Part shown: positions 7,670 through 14,714 of the stretch, piece after piece | Layout of the letters: the number at the start of each line of letters is the position of its first letter | How positions within the stretch are numbered: position 1 is the first letter of the stretch | IMG/VR virus record: IMGVR_UViG_3300037484_000800 | Location: 1 to 43,256 of that record | Strand: one strand, 5' to 3' | From: a virus | Taxonomy: Duplodnaviria; Caudoviricetes | DNA: 43,256 nt | Notes under the pieces: model-generated | What the model was told of the DNA's origin: nothing | Database searches by the model: none | The model's input: the letters and a program-made list of their open reading frames with translations, nothing else | Translations under genes and position numbers: made by a program

Positions 7670-7862
7670 CGAAACAAAGAAGCCGGATGCAGACGTGGTG
7701 CGTGTGCTGCGCGGCGGCAGTTGGAACTATAACGCCTGGTACGTGCGTTCGGCTGACCGGGTCAGGTTCGAGCCGTCCAGCCGTAACGCCAACACCGGTT
7801 TCCGACTGGTGAGTGGAGCAGACCTGAATCGTGTGCAGCGCTGTGGCATAAAGGAGTGTTAA
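7662..7862 (+). CDS. VR-like cassette 7 mini-protein
   Basis: GAGGAGG SD plus GTG 7662; RGGSWNYNAWYVRSADR. Confidence 0.8.
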   Translation: MNNETKKPDADVVRVLRGGSWNYNAWYVRSADRVRFEPSSRNANTGFRLVSGADLNRVQRCGIKEC

Positions 7863-8162
7863 GTGGAAAAAACAGAACTAATAAAAAGGCTTGCGGCTAT
7901 CGAGGGTAATCCGGAAATATCTTTTGTCGTAGATAATGATGAGATATTAGACGATTATCCTAATACAATCTTTGATGAAATTTATGCTATAAAACTGGAA
8001 CAAGAATTGATCTATGATGATGTAATTTATTTTAACAAAAAAAAACTAAAAGATCATATCGAAAATATTTCATTTTTTGAACATGGCGAATTACTTGATG
8101 CACATATCGAAGAGATAAAAAAAACAGCGAAGCATAAAATCTTTATCAGGATAGGAGTTTAA
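7863..8162 (+). CDS. Hypothetical acidic protein
   Basis: AAGGAG SD; operon context. Confidence 0.7.
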   Translation: MEKTELIKRLAAIEGNPEISFVVDNDEILDDYPNTIFDEIYAIKLEQELIYDDVIYFNKKKLKDHIENISFFEHGELLDAHIEEIKKTAKHKIFIRIGV

Positions 8163-8165
8163 AAC

Positions 8166-8849
8166 ATGATGAACTATAAAGAATTAATCAAGCAAGCATA
8201 TGAAACAGCCTGTGAAAAAGGTTTTCATGTTTGCCCGGAGTGTAAGGGACATAAAATATCATGTCTTGGAGCAGGACAATGTGATAATAGTGGTATAGAC
8301 TGTACGCCTAATAGTAATTGCGGAGAATATGAACCGAAATGTAAAAAGTGCAATGGCACAGGCATAAACCATAACATGAGCAATCGTCATTTTCGAGGGA
8401 TGATAGTTACGGAGATAGGGGAAGCTATTGAGGCGTTTAGAATAAATAAGTTGTCAAATAAAGATCATGTTAATTACACATTTGCTATTTTTAATCAAGA
8501 AGGGACATCGGGATATTTTAAAACACAATTTGAAAATCACGTTAAAAATACATTCGGGGACGAGATTACAGATATCTATATAAGAATATTCGATTGGGCA
8601 GGGTATTTACATTTCGATGAGTTTGAAATTAAACCATATCAGTTTGAAAGTTATGATAATGTCGTCTGCATGTTAGATGAGGTTACACAAAATTTATATA
8701 AAGATTACCGTAATAGATATTCAATTGAGCTTACCCTATCCGCACTAAACGAACTATGCAAGCATCTTAACATCGACATTGAAAAACACATCATCGCAAA
8801 AATGGCTTACAATAAAACAAGGCCATATAAGCACGGAAAGGAATTTTAA
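8166..8849 (+). CDS. MazG-like nucleotide pyrophosphohydrolase with inserted Cys-rich Zn finger
   Basis: EIGEAIEA...DEITDIYIR acidic motif, C-terminal KMAYNKTRPYKHGK; CPEC...CKKC insertion. Confidence 0.7.
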   Translation: MMNYKELIKQAYETACEKGFHVCPECKGHKISCLGAGQCDNSGIDCTPNSNCGEYEPKCKKCNGTGINHNMSNRHFRGMIVTEIGEAIEAFRINKLSNKDHVNYTFAIFNQEGTSGYFKTQFENHVKNTFGDEITDIYIRIFDWAGYLHFDEFEIKPYQFESYDNVVCMLDEVTQNLYKDYRNRYSIELTLSALNELCKHLNIDIEKHIIAKMAYNKTRPYKHGKEF

Positions 8850-8851
8850 GC

Positions 8852-9325
8852 ATGAATCAATCAATTTTAAAACTACCAGAGACGTATAATTCTGCAACAG
8901 ACGCCGAAAAGTTGTCAGCATATATCATTCAGCTTGAAGCAAAGGCGCTTAAGGCAGAAAAGGATTTGCGCGACTACGACGAAACGCATAAAGGCTTAAT
9001 ACTCGGCGCCAAGAAGTTTTTTAGAGAGCTTTGGAGCCTGACAAAAAAGAATAACGAGTATGTGGAAGCGCTTAACAAATTAAAGCGCGAAAACGAAAAG
9101 CAGCGCAAACGGCACAAGCGGCGCTATGCTTGGTTGCTGCGTAAATACTTGGCGCTTAAGGCAAAAAAAATTAAACCGTGCCCAGAATGTAAAGGCTTTA
9201 AATCTGTCGGTGCCGGTAAAAACTGCAAAACGTGTGATTATAAAGATAAATACAGTCCAGATGCTTGTGCAGTTTGTAAGTGTTCGACATGTGACGGACA
9301 GGGGGTGGTTACACATGATAACTAA
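8852..9325 (+). CDS. Coiled-coil protein with C-terminal CxxCxG Zn finger
   Basis: CPECKG...CSTCDGQG. Confidence 0.65.
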   Translation: MNQSILKLPETYNSATDAEKLSAYIIQLEAKALKAEKDLRDYDETHKGLILGAKKFFRELWSLTKKNNEYVEALNKLKRENEKQRKRHKRRYAWLLRKYLALKAKKIKPCPECKGFKSVGAGKNCKTCDYKDKYSPDACAVCKCSTCDGQGVVTHDN

Positions 9326-9372
9326 AACATAATGGGCGTTGATTTTATTCAACAGTTCCCGGAGGAGATAAC

Positions 9373-10080
9373 GTGAAAAATATTGTCCATTTGGTAGATT
9401 GCATGGAATTTATGACAAACGTATCGGATAGTGCGTATGATTTAGGGATTATCGATACTGATTACGGGATAGGCGAAGACTGGAAAAAAGATTCTTGCAG
9501 TAGAAAAAATAAGATTAAAACTGTATTTAATACTGCCTATAAAAATAACAATCCACCTGATGAAAATTATTTCAGTGAATTGTTTCGAATAACAAAACAT
9601 CAAATTATTTGGGGTTATAATTATTTTTCTAATTTATTACCAGTTACAAATCATATAATCATTTGGGATAAAATGAGAAATGTGAAAAAGACAAAAAAAA
9701 GTGAAGCAGAATTAGCGTGGACTGATATTCATATTCCAATGAGAATTTACCATATTAGATGGGATGGATGTAAAAAAGGGAAAGAAACAGGAATAATAAC
9801 AATACATCCACATCAAAAACCAATTTTACTTTATAAAAATTGCTTGCAAGATTATGCAAAACCAGGATGGAAAATATTCAGTTCTCACGTTGGAAGTGGT
9901 TCCGATCGAATAGCTTGCTATGATATGGGATTTGAATTCGAAGGTTGTGAAATTGTGCATCAATTATGGGAAAGCCAGGAAGCCCGCTTTCAAAATTATA
10001 TAGCTCAAAATGAACTTTTCAGCAAGCAAGAAATACAAAAGCAGATTTATGCAGAATGTTATTTAAATGAAATGAGGTAA
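9373..10080 (+). CDS. DNA N6A/N4C methyltransferase family (beta class) with atypical catalytic motif
   Basis: DCMEFM, IIWGYNYF, HPHQKP and HVGSGS motifs; DTDY where DPPY is expected. Confidence 0.8.
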   Translation: MKNIVHLVDCMEFMTNVSDSAYDLGIIDTDYGIGEDWKKDSCSRKNKIKTVFNTAYKNNNPPDENYFSELFRITKHQIIWGYNYFSNLLPVTNHIIIWDKMRNVKKTKKSEAELAWTDIHIPMRIYHIRWDGCKKGKETGIITIHPHQKPILLYKNCLQDYAKPGWKIFSSHVGSGSDRIACYDMGFEFEGCEIVHQLWESQEARFQNYIAQNELFSKQEIQKQIYAECYLNEMR

Positions 10081-10084
10081 AGAA

Positions 10085-10282
10085 ATGACAAAAGCAGAAG
10101 AACTAAATTTACGAGAAACTAATAAGCAGTTAGTCGAGGAGATAATGAGGAAAATCGTGAATAACAAAACAAAAAAATTGTATATAGCTACAAGCAAAAT
10201 AGTACGCGGTGGCAGTTGGCACTACAACGCCTGGGATTTATTATTGCCACAGGTCAGCATCAGGAAGAATAGTGGAAGGTGA
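10085..10282 (+). CDS. Hypothetical protein containing a truncated eighth VR-like cassette
   Basis: VNNKTKK...VRGGSWHYNAWD. Confidence 0.6.
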   Translation: MTKAEELNLRETNKQLVEEIMRKIVNNKTKKLYIATSKIVRGGSWHYNAWDLLLPQVSIRKNSGR

Positions 10283-10285
10283 AAA

Positions 10286-10642
10286 TTGTTAATAGTTTTT
10301 TGGCAAGGAAAAGCTGTAGGAACGAATAAGCGGCTATTATGGAATCCTAAATTACATCGGAATGTACCAAATCCAGAATATAAAAGATTTATACAAGATA
10401 TGGCCTGGAGGGTGAAGCTTAATGGTTGTTCGTTCCCGGGAAAAATTGACGTTACCTTGGAAGTAACAACCTGGAAGCTAAGAGACACCGATTCATTAGA
10501 TAAGCCGTGTCTCGATGCCTTAGAACAAGGCGGGGTTGTTAAAAACGATAATCAAGTAAGAGATCTACAAATTAAGCGCTTGTACCATAAAAAAGGAGAA
10601 CTGGATACTATAAGGTTTTTTATAAGTGAGGTGAAATTGTGA
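10286..10642 (+). CDS. rusA: RusA-like Holliday junction resolvase
   Basis: RDTDSLDKPCLDALEQGGVVKNDNQV matches the RusA D-x-D-N-x-x-K...D...DD pattern. Confidence 0.8.
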   Translation: MLIVFWQGKAVGTNKRLLWNPKLHRNVPNPEYKRFIQDMAWRVKLNGCSFPGKIDVTLEVTTWKLRDTDSLDKPCLDALEQGGVVKNDNQVRDLQIKRLYHKKGELDTIRFFISEVKL

Positions 10643-11151
10643 AAAAACTATTAACAAAGATTTTAAAGATTTTAAAAGAAAAAATAAGAGATTACAAAGA
10701 ATACATACGTAAACAAAATAGCGAATTAATTTATTTAGTAGGGAGGGAGCAGTACCTTGTTGAAAAAATTAAAAAAATGCTTGAAGAAAAAGAAAAAACA
10801 CGAATGAATCTTATAGCTGGTATAGATGCTGCAACGACTTATACGCCGTTATTAGGATATATTACCATTCTTAAAGCCAATTATGAACTATTAAAAAGCG
10901 GAACAGGGATTTTACCTTTTAGCGAATTCAAAAAGCATATTGAATATAAAGATTATGAGGATATAAGAATGTATGTTTTTAAGTATTTTATTTTTTATAA
11001 AGGTGAATGCCAAGAATTTAAAATAGAAAGGGAAGAGTCTAAAATAGAAAGGGAAGAGAGTAGATCTTTATTGCATCAAGAAGAATATGTAAATATAATT
11101 TATCAAGAATTATATGAATCGTATTTAGATGAAGTTGCTTTTAGCCAGTAG
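10639..11151 (+). CDS. Hypothetical protein
   Basis: GAGGTG SD, coupled to rusA. Confidence 0.65.
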   Translation: MKKLLTKILKILKEKIRDYKEYIRKQNSELIYLVGREQYLVEKIKKMLEEKEKTRMNLIAGIDAATTYTPLLGYITILKANYELLKSGTGILPFSEFKKHIEYKDYEDIRMYVFKYFIFYKGECQEFKIEREESKIEREESRSLLHQEEYVNIIYQELYESYLDEVAFSQ

Positions 11152-11163
11152 GAGGGAAAAGGG

Positions 11164-11691
11164 ATGAAAGATAAATATCAAATACAATTGGCATTATGTA
11201 TTATTTTTGGTTTTTTTATTCTAATAATAGCTTCTTATTTGCCATTTTTAAGTTTAACCCATGAATTTGGTCATTATTTAATAGCAACTATTATGGGGTA
11301 TGAATCATATATAAAAGATTGTTATACAACAATTACTAAATATTATGGTAAATTACCTATAGAAATAATGTACGCAGGCTATATTTTCGATATATGTCTA
11401 TATTTTATCATTACTTTATTTATGATTATTTTATGTAAGTATTCTAATTTTTCTATAATAGGTATTCCTGCTGGATTGTTTATGAACAATTTTTTTGGTG
11501 TTTCTGTTCCTGGCAATAGTATAAATCCAGACTTTGAAAAAATAAAAGAATTATATAGTGTTGACCCATATAAACCATTTAATATTTTAGGATATACGTT
11601 TTTGATTTTGCTAATTTTAATATTTCTTAGAAAATTAGATTCTTTTGAAAAAAATATTAAAAAATCTGAAAAGGATAAATATTTATCGTAA
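11164..11691 (+). CDS. Membrane protein with HExxH motif (M50-like metalloprotease)
   Basis: Several TM segments; THEFGH; NPD motif. Confidence 0.6.
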   Translation: MKDKYQIQLALCIIFGFFILIIASYLPFLSLTHEFGHYLIATIMGYESYIKDCYTTITKYYGKLPIEIMYAGYIFDICLYFIITLFMIILCKYSNFSIIGIPAGLFMNNFFGVSVPGNSINPDFEKIKELYSVDPYKPFNILGYTFLILLILIFLRKLDSFEKNIKKSEKDKYLS

Positions 11692-12138
11692 AATTATAAT
11701 AGCTTCAACTCCTGCGACTATCAATAAAACAGCTATTAACCCGGTATTAAGGAGAGAGGAGACTCTTGATGATTTCAAACTCTTCTCGGCTGATTTCTTC
11801 TGCTCGTCTAATTCTTTCTGCAAGTTTATCTCGTTCAATTCTAATTCTGCTATACGCCTCTTGTCGGATTCGTTTATAGTCTTCAAACTCTCTACGGACT
11901 CGCTCAAGCTCCCGGACGATTTCTTCTCGTTTTCCTCTATCTGATTCAAGTTCTCCAATTCGCTCAATATTTTCGTCAGATTTTCCGGTGAGTCGAACAG
12001 CTCGGTCATTAACATCAAGTGCAAGTTGAGCAATTTCTCGCTCTTTTCCTGCAAGTTCGATTCTTGAGATGATAAAAAATATGATGACGAGAATAAGAAG
12101 AACCATGGCAATAGCCAAAATAATATTTTTTGCCACAT
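11683..12138 (-). CDS. Signal-peptide + coiled-coil + C-terminal TM protein overlapping the i-spanin-like gene
   Basis: ATG 12138 after AGGGGAG SD; hydrophobic N- and C-termini; no Cys. Confidence 0.6.
   Translation of the reverse strand: MWQKILFWLLPWFFLFSSSYFLSSQESNLQEKSEKLLNLHLMLMTELFDSPENLTKILSELENLNQIEENEKKSSGSLSESVESLKTINESDKRRIAELELNEINLQKELDEQKKSAEKSLKSSRVSSLLNTGLIAVLLIVAGVEAIIILR
11747..12136 (-). CDS. Rz/i-spanin-like protein
   Basis: N-terminal TM then a charged coiled coil; follows the holin. Confidence 0.6.
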   Translation of the reverse strand: MAKNIILAIAMVLLILVIIFFIISRIELAGKEREIAQLALDVNDRAVRLTGKSDENIERIGELESDRGKREEIVRELERVRREFEDYKRIRQEAYSRIRIERDKLAERIRRAEEISREEFEIIKSLLSP

Positions 12139-12374
12139 TAGCTCCCCTTTATACTAGTTTTTTCATAAGCTCTTGCAAATAAAACGGCAGCAACAGCTAT
12201 CCACCAGGCTGTTTGATCTATTATCTTTAAACACAATAATATTGTAGGAAGAACAATTCCTACTAATGATTTAAACGCCAAACATTTCAATAATAATTGA
12301 TATAATCTTTCTGATATATTTTTCATAATGTTTTCCTTATGGAATTGGTAATGATTTAATCTTTTCGATAGCAA
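12138..12374 (-). CDS. Putative holin (2 TM, basic C-terminus)
   Basis: Size, hydrophobicity and position at the end of the late operon. Confidence 0.55.
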   Translation of the reverse strand: MLSKRLNHYQFHKENIMKNISERLYQLLLKCLAFKSLVGIVLPTILLCLKIIDQTAWWIAVAAVLFARAYEKTSIKGS

Positions 12375-12669
12375 GATTAATTAAAGTACCACTTAAAAAG
12401 GTAATCGCGGATCCTGCCAGCAATAAAGCCCCGATCATTATTTTATTTGACAGCCTTTTAAATTCTGCTTCAAATGTTTTAACAGCCTTTCCTATTTCGC
12501 TGACGTCTTCCTTCATTTCTTTTTTAACTTCATCAATATATACTTCTACTTCTTTTTTAGATTCTGAAATACGCCGATGTAATTCCCGCTCTCCGGTTTC
12601 TCTGGTTATTTTTTCAGAGTCGAGTTGTTTGAATTTTTCTTCACATAAAGCTAATACATCATCGTGCAT
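12337..12669 (-). CDS. Coiled-coil protein with C-terminal TM (lysis-cluster membrane protein)
   Basis: Charged helix followed by IMIGALLLAGSAITFL. Confidence 0.6.
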   Translation of the reverse strand: MHDDVLALCEEKFKQLDSEKITRETGERELHRRISESKKEVEVYIDEVKKEMKEDVSEIGKAVKTFEAEFKRLSNKIMIGALLLAGSAITFLSGTLINLAIEKIKSLPIP

Positions 12670-12728
12670 ATTATTCTTCTAAATTAAATATTCAAATGGG
12701 TAAGATTAATCTTTTTCACACCTTCCCC

Positions 12729-14714
12729 TTAATTCCATGAATTACCTATATTTGTAGACGTTCCAGTAGAATCGTAATATATTTGATTTAAATAATTTTC
12801 AAGCCCTACGACATAAAGTCTAAAATCATCTAAATAAAAAATACTATTAATTGGAGCTGTACTTGCATTATATATATCAATAATAAAACCTGTAATAGCT
12901 ACATTAAGCGTAATAGTCACAGTTAATTGTTGCCATGAATCTCTTATTAAAGGAGAATTTGATTGTGTAAAATTCCAAGCCCCACCATAATATTCGCCAA
13001 TTCTTAGATTAATGTCACTTAAGGCAACAGGTGAATCCGTGGGAACATAAACCCAAGCAGAGAATACAATTTCTTTTTCTGCGGTCATACCATGCAAATC
13101 TGCTGAATCGATAGCATCAACTAATGAAGCATAAGCTTCCGTTCCCGCTGCATTTGTTTTAGTAAAAATAAATGAATAATGCTTATAATCATTATCTGGA
13201 GCTAAAATATAATGATACCAAAACGTCTCTATTTCTCTATAATATTCTGTTGATACAACAAAAGTTGCATTTGAAGTTATTGGCACGGTTTCACCTATAA
13301 TCATCGGTGGATTTGTATGTCTACAAGTACTTCTGTCTATTAAATTACCACAATTTACAGCGGTATTTCCATTAATAATATTATTTCCACCTGCATCTTG
13401 TATACATTTACCATTATTGTTAAAAATATTATTAGAAATAATATTATTATTATTTGAAAGATTTATACCATAATAATCATCTGGAGCTTGAAATATATTA
13501 CAATCTATAAAATTATTATTAATTATTTTTAAATTGTAAACATCAGAATAGCAATAAATACATCTCCACCGTTGATTATAAAAATAATTACTATTTATTG
13601 TTCCTTCTTTTATATCAAGCAGGCCTATTCCTAATCCATCATTATTTGAAAATTTATTGTTAGAAATGTTTATAATTGCATCGCTCTGCGCATTTCCATC
13701 TATCCATATAGTATGTCTGTTTAAATAAGAATAACTTGTAGGAAGCATAGCGGTATTATCTATACTACATTCTTTAATATTTATACTCGCTGTAGTTGTT
13801 ATGAAAATAACAGTCGTATTTAAATAATTAAATTTTACATTTTCAATAATTATTTTTGATAATAATGATACATAAATCCCACTAGCATATTCATCATTAT
13901 CCTCATTATCAATAAATAAATTGCTTATTTTAATTAGTTTATTATCTGATACGCTGGTGCCCGTTGCATTTATTTTATATGTAGTTGAAATTGTCCCGCT
14001 TATAATCGTAGACCATCCCTCTCCATCTAATATTATGCCTGGTTTTAAATAAATACTTTGTGTTATTTCAAAAATACCAGATAAAAGTTTTACAGTACCG
14101 CCATTATAAGCATTATATAAAAATGAAGCAGCTGCGTTGATAAAAATATTGTCTTCTGCGCCATCACAATAATAATTAGCATTATCGCCTTCATATGTAG
14201 AGGAAGCCACTATTACAGTTGTACTTTCAGTCTCAAGCTTAGACTGTACATAAATAGGTTTATACTTACCTGAACCACGATAGGTTTCATGAACGTATAG
14301 CTTCCCTATATTCCTGTAATTAATAATAGTTGGATGGTAATAAGCATATAAATCCGAACTAAAAACAGGGGAGACTACATCAATATAATATTGTCTTGTA
14401 TCAGAAATATACAGATAATACCAGTATCCCTGAATCATTGAACAAAGCCAATCGCCCTCGGTTATTGTATAGCCTGTTTTTTCTACTACTTGCTTCCCAT
14501 TTACGTTTATTATACCTTTACCGATGGCTATTTTATGCTCTTTGTTTAAACTAAGCTTTAGCCCTGATACAAACCCGGGAGGGAGCGCTTGAATTACCGC
14601 ATCTGTCTGTTGTCTAATTAATGTAGCTTTTGCCCTTTCAACGTCTGCTGCTGTTCTCATTTCACAACCTCCAAGTACAAATAAAAATAATAAAACTAAA
14701 ATTGCATTTTTCAT
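12729..14714 (-). CDS. Right-handed beta-helix (tailspike/pectin-lyase-like) protein with lipoprotein-like signal peptide
   Basis: GGTVKLLSGIF...ILDGEG, Asn/Ile-rich repeats; MKNAILVLLFLFVLGGC lipobox-like N-terminus. Confidence 0.7.
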   Translation of the reverse strand: MKNAILVLLFLFVLGGCEMRTAADVERAKATLIRQQTDAVIQALPPGFVSGLKLSLNKEHKIAIGKGIINVNGKQVVEKTGYTITEGDWLCSMIQGYWYYLYISDTRQYYIDVVSPVFSSDLYAYYHPTIINYRNIGKLYVHETYRGSGKYKPIYVQSKLETESTTVIVASSTYEGDNANYYCDGAEDNIFINAAASFLYNAYNGGTVKLLSGIFEITQSIYLKPGIILDGEGWSTIISGTISTTYKINATGTSVSDNKLIKISNLFIDNEDNDEYASGIYVSLLSKIIIENVKFNYLNTTVIFITTTASINIKECSIDNTAMLPTSYSYLNRHTIWIDGNAQSDAIINISNNKFSNNDGLGIGLLDIKEGTINSNYFYNQRWRCIYCYSDVYNLKIINNNFIDCNIFQAPDDYYGINLSNNNNIISNNIFNNNGKCIQDAGGNNIINGNTAVNCGNLIDRSTCRHTNPPMIIGETVPITSNATFVVSTEYYREIETFWYHYILAPDNDYKHYSFIFTKTNAAGTEAYASLVDAIDSADLHGMTAEKEIVFSAWVYVPTDSPVALSDINLRIGEYYGGAWNFTQSNSPLIRDSWQQLTVTITLNVAITGFIIDIYNASTAPINSIFYLDDFRLYVVGLENYLNQIYYDSTGTSTNIGNSWN

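Larger units (their letters stand above)
5619..7808 (+). repeat. Seven 108-bp DGR variable-region-like repeats (starts 5619, 6422, 6603, 7161, 7342, 7520, 7701)
   Basis: Manual codon alignment; GC-rich against an AT-rich genome; variation concentrated at positions 1-2 of NNC codons. Confidence 0.95.

Noticed and set aside
7100-7862. CRISPR-array reading of the ~181-bp repeats
   Set aside because: Units are homologous along their whole length and protein-coding; there are no unique spacers and no cas genes
5580-7862. Complete canonical DGR
   Set aside because: No RT, Avd or all-adenine template repeat found; every copy has substituted codons and is in an ORF
6360-7862. Stop-codon recoding or read-through joining scaffold and cassettes
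   Set aside because: Successive cassettes are in different frames with their own SDs, and genes elsewhere read normally in code 11 with all three stops
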